This document shows, piece after piece, positions 33,551-44,238 of a stretch of 64,000 nt of DNA. The stretch lies in contig CAVTTL010000001.1 in the NCBI GenBank assembly GCA_963737635.1, positions 128,001 through 192,000 on the forward strand, given 5' to 3'. Origin of the DNA: an uncultured Methanoregulaceae archaeon. GTDB taxonomy: Archaea > Halobacteriota > Methanomicrobia > Methanomicrobiales > Methanospirillaceae. The translations under genes and the position numbers were made by a program. The notes beneath the pieces were generated by a model. That model was not told the DNA's origin. It worked only from the letters and a program-made list of their open reading frames with translations, and did not search any database. How positions within the stretch are numbered: the stretch's first letter is position 1; each line of letters begins with the position of its first letter.

Positions 33551-33776
33551 CAGCCTGCCGGAGAAGAATCGCCGGATCGTCAAGCAGCATTTGCTGAATC
33601 TTGAAGATCCGTATACGGCCCCGGATGTGGAGCTGTTGCAGAATGGTCACTGCCGGATGCACATCGCTCATTCGTATACTGCCTTCTTCGATATCCTTCC
33701 TGGGGGCATTGTCAACATTCTCGAAGTGATGACAATCGAGGAAGCGCATAAAAGGTATAAGCGATTCGGGAAGTAA
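33510..33776 (+). CDS. RelE/ParE-like toxin
   Basis: 88 aa basic protein, RVNIDKRA...SLP...RRIV..L..L.DP pattern of archaeal RelE. Confidence 0.7.
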   Translation: MRVNIDKRALQYVNSLPEKNRRIVKQHLLNLEDPYTAPDVELLQNGHCRMHIAHSYTAFFDILPGGIVNILEVMTIEEAHKRYKRFGK

Positions 33777-33837
33777 CCGTACCGGGCAGATGTTTCGGTT
33801 TCACTATGAGTTCTCAAATTGTGGGGAAATCTCCTGT

Positions 33838-33942
33838 GATGCCGAAACGAGCATGGGCATAACACGGCGTGACGTTCTCGATAGGGAGATGGCAGGTTTT
33901 TCCGATCTCATCCGGCTGATCAACCTGTACGGGAAATAGGCA
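33838..33942 (+). repeat. direct repeat copy 2: displaced mmp10 3' end
   Basis: Encodes DAETSMGITRRDVLDREMAGFSDLIRLINLYGK-stop with no upstream ORF. Confidence 0.95.
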
Positions 33943-33992
33943 CAAATATCCCTGCAAAAACAAGGGGGGCTCCTTCACATAGGGAGGTGAAG

Positions 33993-34922
33993 TCACGTGG
34001 CTACTTTCAGGATGATCTTTCCCGTCGCATGCCCGGATTGGCTCAGATCCTGTGCGGCTTGCGCCTCGGCAAGGGGAAACACCTTTTCTACGACCACTTT
34101 GAGTTTTTCCATATCGACCAGACTACCGATCTCCTGGAGCCGGGCCCCGTTAGAGACGAGCGTGAACGACCTGCCGGCAACACCATGAGCTGCTGCCGCT
34201 TTCTGGTCTGCTCCTACAGACGACACCAGTACCCCGCCTTTTCGTATCACGCCCCACGATTTTGCCTGGGTCTCCCCACCAATGGTATCGAAGACCACAT
34301 CAACATCACTGACTTTCTTGCTGAAATCCTCGGCTGTGTGATCGATAATTTCGTCCGCACCGAGCGAACTTACCATCGCGGCATTTTTCGATGATGTTGT
34401 GCCGATGACATAAGCACCCGCAATTTTTGCCAGCTGGACGGCAAAGGTGCCAACCCCACCAGATGCCCCGTGAACGAGGATCTTCTGGTCTTTCCTGAGG
34501 CCGGCGACCTCAAAGAGTGCCATCCATGCTGTCTGAGATGCGAGTGGTATGCCCGCAGCCTGAACGAGCGGGATACTCCGTGGTGCAGGTGCGACGTCGA
34601 TAGTCCGTACCGTCACATATTCTGCATATCCCCCATTCCGTGAGGTGTCAGGACGGCAGAAGACAGCGTCGCCTTTCTTGAACCGCTTGACGAGACTCCC
34701 GGTCTCTTCCACCGTACCTGCGACATCCCACCCAAGGGTCAGGGGAAGCATATGGGGAGCCATATTCTCCATGAACCCTTCGCGAATCTTCCAGTCGACG
34801 GGGTTGACGCCACACGCATGCACCTTGACCAGGACTTCATCGGGACCGGTCTCCGGCCTGGGTGCATCTTCGTACTTCAGGACCCCGGAATTGCCAAACG
34901 CATGGATACGTACCGCTTTCAT
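33993..34922 (-). CDS. NADP-dependent quinone oxidoreductase (MDR family)
   Basis: [27 protein letters not shown]. Confidence 0.9.
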   Translation of the reverse strand: MKAVRIHAFGNSGVLKYEDAPRPETGPDEVLVKVHACGVNPVDWKIREGFMENMAPHMLPLTLGWDVAGTVEETGSLVKRFKKGDAVFCRPDTSRNGGYAEYVTVRTIDVAPAPRSIPLVQAAGIPLASQTAWMALFEVAGLRKDQKILVHGASGGVGTFAVQLAKIAGAYVIGTTSSKNAAMVSSLGADEIIDHTAEDFSKKVSDVDVVFDTIGGETQAKSWGVIRKGGVLVSSVGADQKAAAAHGVAGRSFTLVSNGARLQEIGSLVDMEKLKVVVEKVFPLAEAQAAQDLSQSGHATGKIILKVAT

Positions 34923-35055
34923 GATACCCTCGTCCTGCTAATCATACCATGAGAGTAAAAACATTTGTTTCGTACGTAGCGAAACACGGTGAAGGACGTA
35001 TATAAAAACGAAAAAATGCGCCCGGCATGTGCCGGACTCGAAAAAGATGCGTGGA

Positions 35056-35559
35056 TCAGGCCAGTGCCGCCGTGATTCCGACAATCCCGGACTGGATGAT
35101 CAGGGCAACGGCAATAATGACCCCGGCCATCTCAAGCGCAACAGCGACGTTTCCTTTTTTGAGTTCTTCAAACTCGTGGACGCCGGTAGTCAGCTTGTCG
35201 AGGATGGTAAGGGCAAGATAGATAGCAACCACCGCAAGGATGACGCCAAGCACCAGCTGGAGGATCGCAACACAGATTATCGTGAGTCCGTCAACGGACA
35301 TCAGGCCGACCGCCGATGCCTTGCTGATACCGACTGATATGCCGGTGATGCCTGACTGGACAACCACTGCAATAGCCACAAAAATGGCGGCAACTACAAT
35401 ACCAAATGCGACGTTTCCCTTCGCGAGTTCCTGCTGCTCATCGACGTCCCGGGTAATCCTGCCAAAGACATAGAACCCCATATAAAGCGCTGCCACCGCA
35501 AGGATGACTGCGATGATCAACTGGACTATCCCGATAGCTGCATTCAGAAGAATCATCAT
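35056..35559 (-). CDS. DUF350-like membrane protein
   Basis: Internally repeated E..KGNVA motif with four hydrophobic segments. Confidence 0.75.
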   Translation of the reverse strand: MMILLNAAIGIVQLIIAVILAVAALYMGFYVFGRITRDVDEQQELAKGNVAFGIVVAAIFVAIAVVVQSGITGISVGISKASAVGLMSVDGLTIICVAILQLVLGVILAVVAIYLALTILDKLTTGVHEFEELKKGNVAVALEMAGVIIAVALIIQSGIVGITAALA

Positions 35560-35794
35560 CAGACCTCTTTTACTATTTTCTTTGCGTTGATGCAGCACAT
35601 AAATATATCCCCGGGAAAGAGGACAAATCCGTGAGGATCCACGATAAAACGGCATTCCGGCTAAATAAAATCATTAAAAAAGTACCTGCAGCGCCCTCAG
35701 GAGACTTCGTATCATTTCAACCGAGGGGGAAAGGATCACGTTCACGGAGTACAGAAAAACACGATACGAAAAGATGTTCTGTACTACCAAAAAA

Positions 35795-35911
35795 TGCTGC
35801 GGGTGGGTTACGATCCCACGATCTCCAGATGTCCCAAAGTTCTCACGCACCAAAGCGGGCGTGTATCAAACCCTATGAGTCTGGCGCCCTAACCAGCTAG
35901 GCCACCGCAGC
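35795..35911 (-). tRNA. tRNA-Met(CAT), elongator type, with a 43-nt intron (35831..35873) at position 37/38
   Basis: GCTGCGG/CCGCAGC acceptor stem (G1-C72), CCAGA-CTCATA[intron]A-TCTGG anticodon arm. Confidence 0.92.
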
Positions 35912-35976
35912 ACGAGGTGCATAATTACAACGCCGTAAAAATTCTTAAAGGTTCTGATACGAAAGATGAGCACGTA

Positions 35977-37452
35977 TCAGCCTTTTTTCTGCTGGAGATA
36001 GACGTTCACCGCTGCGGTTATCGCGGCCACTTTGTTGCCCTGGGAAAACGAACCGGCAAGGGTCTGCATCCGTGTCTCCTCATCGGTCTTGTACCGTTCA
36101 AGTGTTTTTATGATATGCTCTTCCTGCAGGAAGTGGGTATGGGTGTTGCCCTCAATGAACTGCGGGTTGTTCATAATTGCATAGTGAAGCGGGAGCGTGG
36201 TTTTGATCCCAAGGATGATGTATTCCGAGATTGCGCGGCGCATTCTCATGATTGCCTCGGGACGCGTACTGTCCCATGCGCAGAGTTTTGCGATCATCGA
36301 ATCGTAGTTGGGCGGGATCATGTATCCCATATGGATACCGCTGTCCACCCTGATACCGGGACCGCCCGGGGACCGGTACCGGAGGATCTTGCCCGGGTCA
36401 GCGGCAAAATTGTTGAGCGGGTCTTCCGCGTTGATCCGGCACTCGATCGCGTGTCCCCGGATCGATATGTCCTCCTGGTCAAACGGCAGGGATTCACCGG
36501 CGGCGATGGCTATCTGCTGCTTGACAAGATCGATCCCCGTGATGAACTCGGTGATGGTGTGCTCGACCTGCAGCCGGGTGTTCATCTCCATGAAGTAATA
36601 GTTCCCGTTACTGTACAGGAACTCGACCGATCCGGCATTGGTGTAATCCGACGCTTCCGCCACCTTGAGCGCAGAAGACGACATGCGTTCGCGCAGCTCG
36701 GGTGTCATAATCGCCGAGGGGGCCTCTTCGACCAGTTTCTGGTGCCGGCGCTGGATGGAACACTCGCGGTCGTAGAGGTGGACTGCATGCCCATGCTCGT
36801 CGGCAAGCACCTGAAACTCGATATGCCGGGGCTTGACCAGGTATTTTTCGATAAAGACCGTAGGATCGCCGAACGCAGACTGGGCGATCCGCATGCTGCC
36901 GGTAATTGCTTCTTCGAGGGCAGCCTCATCGTTAACGATCTGCATCCCAATCCCGCCACCACCAGCGCTCGCTTTCACGATGACCGGGTAGCCGATCTCT
37001 CCTGCCACCTTTTTTGCCGTATCGATATCCTTGATGCCGTCATCGGTCCCCGGCAGCACCGGCACACCGGCCTGCTTCATCATCTGCTTGCTGCCGATCT
37101 TGGATCCCATGGCTTTGATGGTCTTTGAGCACGGACCAATAAAGATCACGCCTTCATCAGCGCAGTGCTTGGCAAAACGGTAATTCTCCGCGAGGAAACC
37201 GTATCCCGGATGGATCGCCTCGGCACCGCTCTTTTTTGCAATGTCAACGATCCGGTCCATGTTGAGGTAGCTCTTCGAAGGGTGTGCTTCACCGACCGGG
37301 AAGGCTTCATCTGCATATTTCACATGAAGGGCATTTTTGTCCACAGAAGAATAGATCGCCACCGTATCGATATCGAGTTCCCGGCAGGCACGCATGACCC
37401 GGATCGCGATCTCGCCCCGGTTTGCGATCAGGATCTTCTCAAAAAATTTCAT
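35977..37452 (-). CDS. pycA: pyruvate carboxylase subunit A (biotin carboxylase)
   Basis: ANRGEIA, HPGYGFLAEN, RECSIQRRHQK, EMNTRLQVEH. Confidence 0.93.
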   Translation of the reverse strand: MKFFEKILIANRGEIAIRVMRACRELDIDTVAIYSSVDKNALHVKYADEAFPVGEAHPSKSYLNMDRIVDIAKKSGAEAIHPGYGFLAENYRFAKHCADEGVIFIGPCSKTIKAMGSKIGSKQMMKQAGVPVLPGTDDGIKDIDTAKKVAGEIGYPVIVKASAGGGGIGMQIVNDEAALEEAITGSMRIAQSAFGDPTVFIEKYLVKPRHIEFQVLADEHGHAVHLYDRECSIQRRHQKLVEEAPSAIMTPELRERMSSSALKVAEASDYTNAGSVEFLYSNGNYYFMEMNTRLQVEHTITEFITGIDLVKQQIAIAAGESLPFDQEDISIRGHAIECRINAEDPLNNFAADPGKILRYRSPGGPGIRVDSGIHMGYMIPPNYDSMIAKLCAWDSTRPEAIMRMRRAISEYIILGIKTTLPLHYAIMNNPQFIEGNTHTHFLQEEHIIKTLERYKTDEETRMQTLAGSFSQGNKVAAITAAVNVYLQQKKG

Positions 37453-39198
37453 TGAACCACCACCAGGACATCGCCGTTCTGGACGACATCGCCGGTATCG
37501 ACAAAAATCTCAGTGACTTTGCCGTCAACCGGGCTGTGGATGGGGTTCTCCATCTTCATCGCTTCAAGGACGATGAGGGTATCGCCTTTTTTCACCGTCG
37601 CGCCCCGGTGAACCATGACCTGGAGCACCATGCCCTGCATATTGCTGCGGATCCCGCCGGCAATCTCGCCCCGCGGCGCTTTCTGGGGTGCTGCCCGGGT
37701 TACCTGCACCTGGTTTCCACCGACCGACACGATGCGTACCGAGAAGACTTCCCCGTCAACTTCAACTTCCATCTGGTCCGGGATACCGCCGGCAGTCGTT
37801 GCCGACTGGGCAGCTGGCAGTTTTCCGGGAATCAATTCTTGCTGGCGTTCACCTTTCAAAAACGAGGGTGCGATCGCGGGGTACATGATGTAGGTGAGCA
37901 CGTCCTCCTCTTTTTTGACGAGCCCGGCTTTTTCAGCTTCGGCTTTCATCCGATCGTAGGAGGGTTCCAACAAATCGGCAGGACGGCATACAATCGGGAC
38001 TTCGTCACCGATGATCTGGCACCGGATCGCGTCGCTGACCGGTGCCGGCGAACGGCCGTACAGATCCCCGTACGTAGTCCTTGACTTCTTTTGTCACGTT
38101 CGCGTACCGCTGGCCGTTTACGAGCACGTTCAGGACCGCCTGCGTACCAACGATCTGGCTCGTCGGTGTCACGAGCGGCGGGTAACCGAGATCCTTTCTC
38201 ACCCGCGGGATCTCGGCAAACACTTCCTCGAGCCTGTTAAGCGCATCCTGCTCCACCAGCTGCGAGACAAGGTTGGAGATCATGCCACCGGGCAGCTGGT
38301 AGATGAGGACGTCGCTGTCCACGCGCTCGGAGATAGGGTTCACCAGCCCCGCGTATTTCTCGCGGATCTGCACGCAGGTATTCCTGACAGCCCGGAGTTT
38401 GAGGAGATCGATACCAGTGTCCCGGGACGTCCCGGCTAGGGATGCCACTACACTTTCCGTCGGCGGCTGGGAGGTCCCCATCGCAAACGGCGACATGGCA
38501 GTGTCCAGGATATCTACACCGGCTTCGATGGCTGCCTGGTAACTCATGGGAGCAATCCCGCTCGTTGAGTGGCTGTGCAGGCAGACCCGGATATCGACCG
38601 CTTCTTTTATGCCGCCGATAAGCTCGCGAGCCGATTCCGGCATGATGAGCCCGGCCATATCCTTGATACAGATAGAATCGCAGTCAAGCGCGGCAAGCTC
38701 CTTCGCCATCTCGATAAACATGCCGGTGCTGTGAACCGGGCTCGTCGTATATGAGATAGTGCCCTGGAGGTGCGCCCCGGCCTTTTTTACCTGCTCCATC
38801 GAGCGTTTCATATTCCTGATATCGTTGAGTGCATCAAAGACCCGGAAGATATCCACACCGTTTTTATAGGACGCAGCAACAAAACGATCGACTACGTCAT
38901 CGGAATAGTGGCGGTACCCGACCAGGTTCTGGCCCCGGAGCAGCATCTGGATGGGAGTATGTTTCAGTTCTGTCTTGAGTGCCCGGAGCCGGTCCCAGGG
39001 ATCTTCGTTGAGGAACCGGATGGAGGTATCAAAGGTCGCCCCGCCCCATGCTTCGGCCGAGAAAAAACCGCACGCGTCAATCTCCTGTGCAAGCGGGAGC
39101 ATATCTTCGGTGCGAAGCCGGGTAGCAATGAGAGACTGGTGAGCGTCGCGAAGAGTGGTATCGGTGATAAGTAATTTGTGGGAATCGGCAGCACGCAT
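37449..39198 (-). CDS. pycB: pyruvate carboxylase subunit B; frameshift near 38060
   Basis: TLRDAHQSL, WGGATFD, IKDMAG, PLVTPTSQIVG; biotinyl EAMKM in the downstream frame. Confidence 0.9.
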
Positions 39199-39270
39199 GA
39201 GAAACCTCGAAGGGGCTCCGGTTGTATAATTAGCCTCTCAAAACTTCATCAGGAAAGTATAAAAAATTCA

Positions 39271-39900
39271 CTAACGGAGGAGGCAGGCACAGACGAATGC
39301 TGCCGCGGCACAGGTCCCGGCAAGGATCTCGGCGGGGGGCGTGCAAAAATGCGTGCATATTGTCCCTCCGGCGCGGTACCCCCGCATGGCAAGGACTTCA
39401 GCGGTATCTTCTGCCCGCCGGAGCGTATCGCAGATAAGGATCCAGCCGACGGGCAGAATGCTTCGGATCCCCCACGGCACCCCTTTCTGCACCGACGCGA
39501 TCCGTACCCGGTAAAAATCCCCGGAGAGCCCTTGGGCCACTTCCAGCGCCATTCCGGCGATCATCCCCAGTTCGAACCCGACCCGGGTACCAAGAAGCCA
39601 GGTACCGGCGGCTAGGAAATCGCTGGCGCAGGAATCTGCATACACCCAGGTACCAACAAGCAGGATCGTGGTCATCCGGGCGAGATACGAGAGTCCGTTG
39701 CTTCCGGTAAACGCGAGAACTGCTGCCACCAGGACAAACAAGAGGAGCGTCGCAAATACTGCCCGGCGGTGCCGGATAGTCTTCCACCGGGGGGTAAATA
39801 CCAGCCACCAGGCAAAAGCCGCGGCGGCGCCGGCGATACTGATAAAGGCCGCAAGCGAGAGCAGAAACGCACAGGCAAACCTTAGTCGCGGGTCCTGCAT
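39271..39900 (-). CDS. ECF transporter transmembrane component (EcfT-like)
   Basis: DPRLR N-terminus, hydrophobic, LAMRGY; lies in the bioY operon. Confidence 0.7.
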   Translation of the reverse strand: MQDPRLRFACAFLLSLAAFISIAGAAAAFAWWLVFTPRWKTIRHRRAVFATLLLFVLVAAVLAFTGSNGLSYLARMTTILLVGTWVYADSCASDFLAAGTWLLGTRVGFELGMIAGMALEVAQGLSGDFYRVRIASVQKGVPWGIRSILPVGWILICDTLRRAEDTAEVLAMRGYRAGGTICTHFCTPPAEILAGTCAAAAFVCACLLR

Positions 39901-40579
39901 GCTGCCTCCCGGATCCCTTCCGGCGTGATATTTTCCGGCATTCTCCCGGTCTGGACTAGTCTTTTGATCAGGTGCGGTGCATGCTGCCAGCGCATGAGCG
40001 CCCCGGGCATTTCACCGCAATCGACAAGGTGCCCACCCGCTATTTCCCAGATATGACTGATTGTAGGAAAAGTGGTCTGTTCGTGAGTGAAGATTACCGT
40101 AATGCCGCGGGATCGCCTGCTGATCTGCTGGCAGACCTGCTCCTTTCCCGGGCAATCGAGCGATGAGAATGGCTCATCGAGCAGCAGCAGGTCGTTATCC
40201 CGGGAGAGGACACAGGCAAGGTGCAGGCGTTTGAGCTCCCCCGGCTCAGCGAGAGGGCTTGGGCCTTTGGGAGCACATCAATCCCAGCTTTTTGTATCAC
40301 CGCTTCTGGTATGAGCCCCCACGATTCACATTCGTCTGCAACTGAGAGCCCGGTGACATGGAACTCGGGAAACTGGAACGAGAGCATCGTGCTTTGGATT
40401 CCCTCGCGGATAACGGAGCCACCCTCAGGTACACCTAAACCAGCCATCATGAGGGCAAGCGTGGACTTGCCGCTCCCGACGTCCCCGCTCACCAGGTGAA
40501 TGCCCGGCATAAAAACACCGTGCGCCGCAAGCGACCAGTGCGGATGGCGTGCCAAGAGTTGATCGAGAACCAGCCTCAT
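39882..40579 (-). CDS. ECF transporter ATPase; frameshift near 40230
   Basis: GDVGSGKST, QFPE, LSRG then ELKRL...LLLDEPF in the shifted frame. Confidence 0.78.
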
Positions 40580-41247
40580 ACCGGCCACCTCCATGAGAGC
40601 GGGTAGAAGGATGTATCGGAAAGCCGGGAAAAGACCGCCGCCGGTGCCCCGGTATGCACCACCCGGCCCTTCTCAAAATAGAGCAGCAGGTTCCCTTGTG
40701 CCGCAGTCTCCATCTGCTGCGTACACCGGATGATATACGGAACACCGGAAGCGCGGAGAGCCTCCTCGAGCCATGCGCACCGGCCCGCGTCAAGGTGCGA
40801 ATCGCATTCATCAAGGACGAGGACGCGGGGCCGGTTGATGCAGGCCGCGGCAAACGCAACGATGACTTTCTCTCCTCCGCTCAGGTCCTGCATGCGCCGG
40901 TCCAGCAGGTTATGGATCCCAAAACGTCCTGCACAGTCCCGTACTGCACGACTTGTCTCTTTACATGGTGTATACTGAAAACGCAAGGACGAGGCAAGTT
41001 CATCCCGTACTGTCGAAAAAAGGATGTTCCGATCCGGGAACTCGTTTACATACCCAATCCCGGTCAACCGGGGGGGCTGTTCGTCAACGAGCACGATACC
41101 GCACTCAGGTTCAGTGATACCGGCGCAAAGTTTCAAAAAGGTACTTTTGCCGCTGCCGTTCCTGCCGATAACCGATGTGACGCCAGGGGGAATAGCAAGA
41201 GCATCGATAGCAAGGCACCGATACCGGATTTTATCAAGAGTGATCAT
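40576..41247 (-). CDS. ECF transporter ATPase
   Basis: GRNGSGKST, LSGGE, LVLDE. Confidence 0.85.
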   Translation of the reverse strand: MITLDKIRYRCLAIDALAIPPGVTSVIGRNGSGKSTFLKLCAGITEPECGIVLVDEQPPRLTGIGYVNEFPDRNILFSTVRDELASSLRFQYTPCKETSRAVRDCAGRFGIHNLLDRRMQDLSGGEKVIVAFAAACINRPRVLVLDECDSHLDAGRCAWLEEALRASGVPYIIRCTQQMETAAQGNLLLYFEKGRVVHTGAPAAVFSRLSDTSFYPLSWRWPV

Positions 41248-41753
41248 GGCAGCTGCCGGGCAACCAGGTACACGGCACCGGCCTTTGCCGCTTCACCAGG
41301 AAGGAAAATGACTAGTCCAAGGATGAATGCCGCACCAAGGGCCATACCCGAAGTTGCCATCAGCCATGCCACACCGCAGAGGAGGATGAGCACTGCAGCG
41401 CAGCAAAGCCCCGCAATCCGCCGGATCAAACCATCCGACTCCCAGGCAACACCGGCAAGGAAAGCCGCAGGAATAAACCCGATCAGGTATCCCCCGGTAG
41501 GCCCAAGCAGTACACCTATCCCGGCGACACCGTTATGAAAAATCGGCAGGCCGAGGGTACCTAGCACCACATACAACGCGACCGGGATAACGGCTTCGCG
41601 CTTCATGACCGCTGCAGAGAGCAGGACAAAAAACGTCTGTAGGGTAAACGGTGCGGGAACGAACGGAACCGAGATCCAGCCGCCTAAGGTGATGAGTCCG
41701 ATAAAGGCTGCAGTATAGGCAATACGGCGTGAACGCTGGAGGTCGCCAAACAT
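41244..41753 (-). CDS. bioY: biotin transporter substrate component
   Basis: PFTLQT, GLPIF, GPTGGYLIGF. Confidence 0.92.
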   Translation of the reverse strand: MFGDLQRSRRIAYTAAFIGLITLGGWISVPFVPAPFTLQTFFVLLSAAVMKREAVIPVALYVVLGTLGLPIFHNGVAGIGVLLGPTGGYLIGFIPAAFLAGVAWESDGLIRRIAGLCCAAVLILLCGVAWLMATSGMALGAAFILGLVIFLPGEAAKAGAVYLVARQLP

Positions 41754-41810
41754 CGTCAACCACTAAAAATTGAGAGGTTGACGATAAAAAAGTACCGGTC
41801 TCACTGGCTT

Positions 41811-41860
41811 TGCACGTAATGTCGTTTCTGCACGTAAAGTATGAGACTTGCACGTAAAGT
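41811..41860 (+). repeat. left-end array of three TGCACGTAA(A/T)GT motifs
   Basis: Copies start at 41811, 41829 and 41849. Confidence 0.9.
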
Positions 41861-41909
41861 CCAAAATGTTGCGGCAATAATCGGAAATTGGACGAAAGAT
41901 AAAAAAAAG

Positions 41910-43262
41910 TTACTTTCTCGTCTCTTCGGCTTCTATGCCATAGAAGTCTAGTTTTATTTGGACAGCTTCTTTCTGTACTCTATCTTCATCAATTTTATCA
42001 AAGAAAGATGAAAGCTTGTCTTTAATGTCATACTCAGGGCCAGTGATTTTTCTAGAATTTGCTGCTACAGTTAAAACATCAGATAATAATTCCTTTCCGC
42101 CTTTGTTTGGAGCTATTGTTAAAACGCCCTCAGTTATAGCATCTTTACTGATTAACCCAACCTGATCTAATGAGTTCCTCACTTTTTGAACAACCGCAAC
42201 TTCAAATTCGTCAATTAATTCGTCTTCTGTGACCGAATCCCGATTTTGTATTTTTACGAGTATATCCGTTGACTCAGGTACACTTCTTATAAGACGCAAT
42301 ATGTCAGCAGCATTGTTGTATTCGTAATAATTCAAACCTAGCAATGTGCCACTTGTAGGGCGACTTAATGCATCTTCTAATTGGAGTGTACGTGTCCTTT
42401 GGGCAAGTCCCATATTATCAACGTGCCTAATTAACCGATTCACAACCCTCTGATTCCACCCTGTAGCTTCAACAATTTCGCTTTGAGTGATATAACCTCC
42501 AAATTCTCCCGTTGTGATTAATAACTGCTTTAATGCAACTCTTACCTCATTTGCCTCTTCTAATACAGTTTGCCAAGTATTCAGGGCTTTTTCTCCGAGA
42601 ACGTATGCTTTAGCAAAAGTAAATTCTCTTCCAGTTACACTAATCGGACGGATTATGTCGATATCTGATAATGCACCATAATCCCTTGCAAAATCAGCCC
42701 AATTTGGAGAATTTGCCTCAAGATCATTTGTAAGTTCCGGAAAATCCTGAATACGGTACATAATATCAAAATGGTTTTTTTGCTCGCTAAACAACTTTGT
42801 ATTCAAAAGGAAGTTATTTCGGACATACAATTTACTGCCCACTTGATATGGCATTACTTTTTCAATTTTCTTTTTTGTTGGATCAAATTGAATTATTCCA
42901 TCGGAAATAAGATGAGGTATAACAGTACCATTCAAACTAGTGTTGAAACTAGATCTTTGACTTGTTGTAGGTGTGACATTCCAAACTCTTTCCACAATAT
43001 CATTCACGGAATGAGTGGAGTGAGCAGCATCCAAAAATGCCAATGCTCTGGCTAGAGAGACGGCAGAGCTAAAATGTCCGGCATGTCTTTGATAAGTTCT
43101 CAGTGGATTCGATAAAACAAATTCTCTGACCCCACGGGTCATCTGATCTACCGCTCTTATTACATCATTTAATTGTTTATCATTCAAACGAGAGAGAACA
43201 TTTGGAGGTATTTTTTTAACCATAGGATCTGAAAGATAGGGTTTAAAAATATCATCGGCCAT
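41910..43262 (-). CDS. transposon cargo protein of unknown function with probable tandem winged-helix domains (450 aa)
   Basis: ITQSEIVEATGWNQRVVNRLIRHVDNMGLAQR and VTEDELIDEF...VRNSLDQVGLI resemble wHTH units; AT-rich. Confidence 0.65.
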   Translation of the reverse strand: MADDIFKPYLSDPMVKKIPPNVLSRLNDKQLNDVIRAVDQMTRGVREFVLSNPLRTYQRHAGHFSSAVSLARALAFLDAAHSTHSVNDIVERVWNVTPTTSQRSSFNTSLNGTVIPHLISDGIIQFDPTKKKIEKVMPYQVGSKLYVRNNFLLNTKLFSEQKNHFDIMYRIQDFPELTNDLEANSPNWADFARDYGALSDIDIIRPISVTGREFTFAKAYVLGEKALNTWQTVLEEANEVRVALKQLLITTGEFGGYITQSEIVEATGWNQRVVNRLIRHVDNMGLAQRTRTLQLEDALSRPTSGTLLGLNYYEYNNAADILRLIRSVPESTDILVKIQNRDSVTEDELIDEFEVAVVQKVRNSLDQVGLISKDAITEGVLTIAPNKGGKELLSDVLTVAANSRKITGPEYDIKDKLSSFFDKIDEDRVQKEAVQIKLDFYGIEAEETRK

Positions 43263-43263
43263 A

Positions 43264-44238
43264 TCATTTCATCTCCTTGAGGATTTTCTTCTTGCAATCA
43301 TCCAAAAATATTTGAGAAATTATTATATTATCTGTTTTTGGGTCAAGGGACACAATCGAAGCATTGTTAATTTTTAATCTCCAATTCTCGTGTTTAAATA
43401 GACGATCAAGATCAGGGGCGAAATCATAATTCTTTAGAGATTTTAACAAGATATCACGATCTTCAGCTTGTTTTATTGAATGAATTGCATCGGAAAATAT
43501 TGCAAAAATTTGTTCATTCAGATCAAGAATAGGGGCAAACGGATGTATGGATGTGCTCGATGCTTTCCCCTCCAATTTATAACTCATAGCTGAAGCCAAT
43601 CCCCGAATTAATGAAAAATATTGCATATTTTGTTTATTCACTTTTTCAATTTTGTACAGAGGCTCAAAAAGTGTGGAAATGTCTTTACCAGAAGGATTAC
43701 GGATTGTTTTTATTGAAATTATGGTATGAGCTGAACTGATAATCATAATCCTTCGGATTGTATCTAATGATGTGGCATTACCTAATTGTTGAGATAATTC
43801 TAGATCATTAAGTCCTTCCTTAAAATTCTCAATAACTTCCCAACAATGGTTTTCAAAGATTAAGGAAAAGGGTGAAAACGGATCGCACACCATTGAATCA
43901 TAGCTCTCAGCAAGCAATCCCGCAGTAATATGGTTTTTTGTTGAGGAATCTAAATCGTCTTCCAATGCAGGAATGCCCCCAACCCATCTAACGAACGATT
44001 TTTTTGACTTTATTCCTTTATATTTGACTACAAATCCCTCGTTCTGAAGAATATTTGCGCGTCTACCTGTGTTGCTTGCATGAAGGCCTATCTCTAAAGC
44101 AAGATCAGGGACGGAAATCTCCTTCCTCTCGAAAACTATTTTTAGAATCTTTTCATCAATGGGATCAATTGGTCTATTAATGATCTTGGCAATTCGTGTT
44201 GTTTTCGAACCGCTTGATTTTTTTGGGTCTGGCTTCAT
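43264..44238 (-). CDS. transposon cargo protein with N-terminal MarR-like wHTH (~324 aa)
   Basis: DPIDEKILKIVFERKEISVPDLALEIGLHASNTGRRANILQNEGFV; a second wHTH-like segment follows; stop is 1 bp from the next start. Confidence 0.7.
   Translation of the reverse strand: MKPDPKKSSGSKTTRIAKIINRPIDPIDEKILKIVFERKEISVPDLALEIGLHASNTGRRANILQNEGFVVKYKGIKSKKSFVRWVGGIPALEDDLDSSTKNHITAGLLAESYDSMVCDPFSPFSLIFENHCWEVIENFKEGLNDLELSQQLGNATSLDTIRRIMIISSAHTIISIKTIRNPSGKDISTLFEPLYKIEKVNKQNMQYFSLIRGLASAMSYKLEGKASSTSIHPFAPILDLNEQIFAIFSDAIHSIKQAEDRDILLKSLKNYDFAPDLDRLFKHENWRLKINNASIVSLDPKTDNIIISQIFLDDCKKKILKEMK

Noticed and set aside
35917-37128. 403-aa plus-strand ORF (likewise 13172..14089, 27349..28353, 40654..41538)
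   Set aside because: Antisense shadows of well-supported genes in GC-rich coding DNA.
41811-41860. Regularly spaced 12-bp repeats as a mini-CRISPR array
   Set aside because: Repeats and spacers (6-8 bp) are far too short, no cas genes are present, and the motif is part of the transposon TIR.
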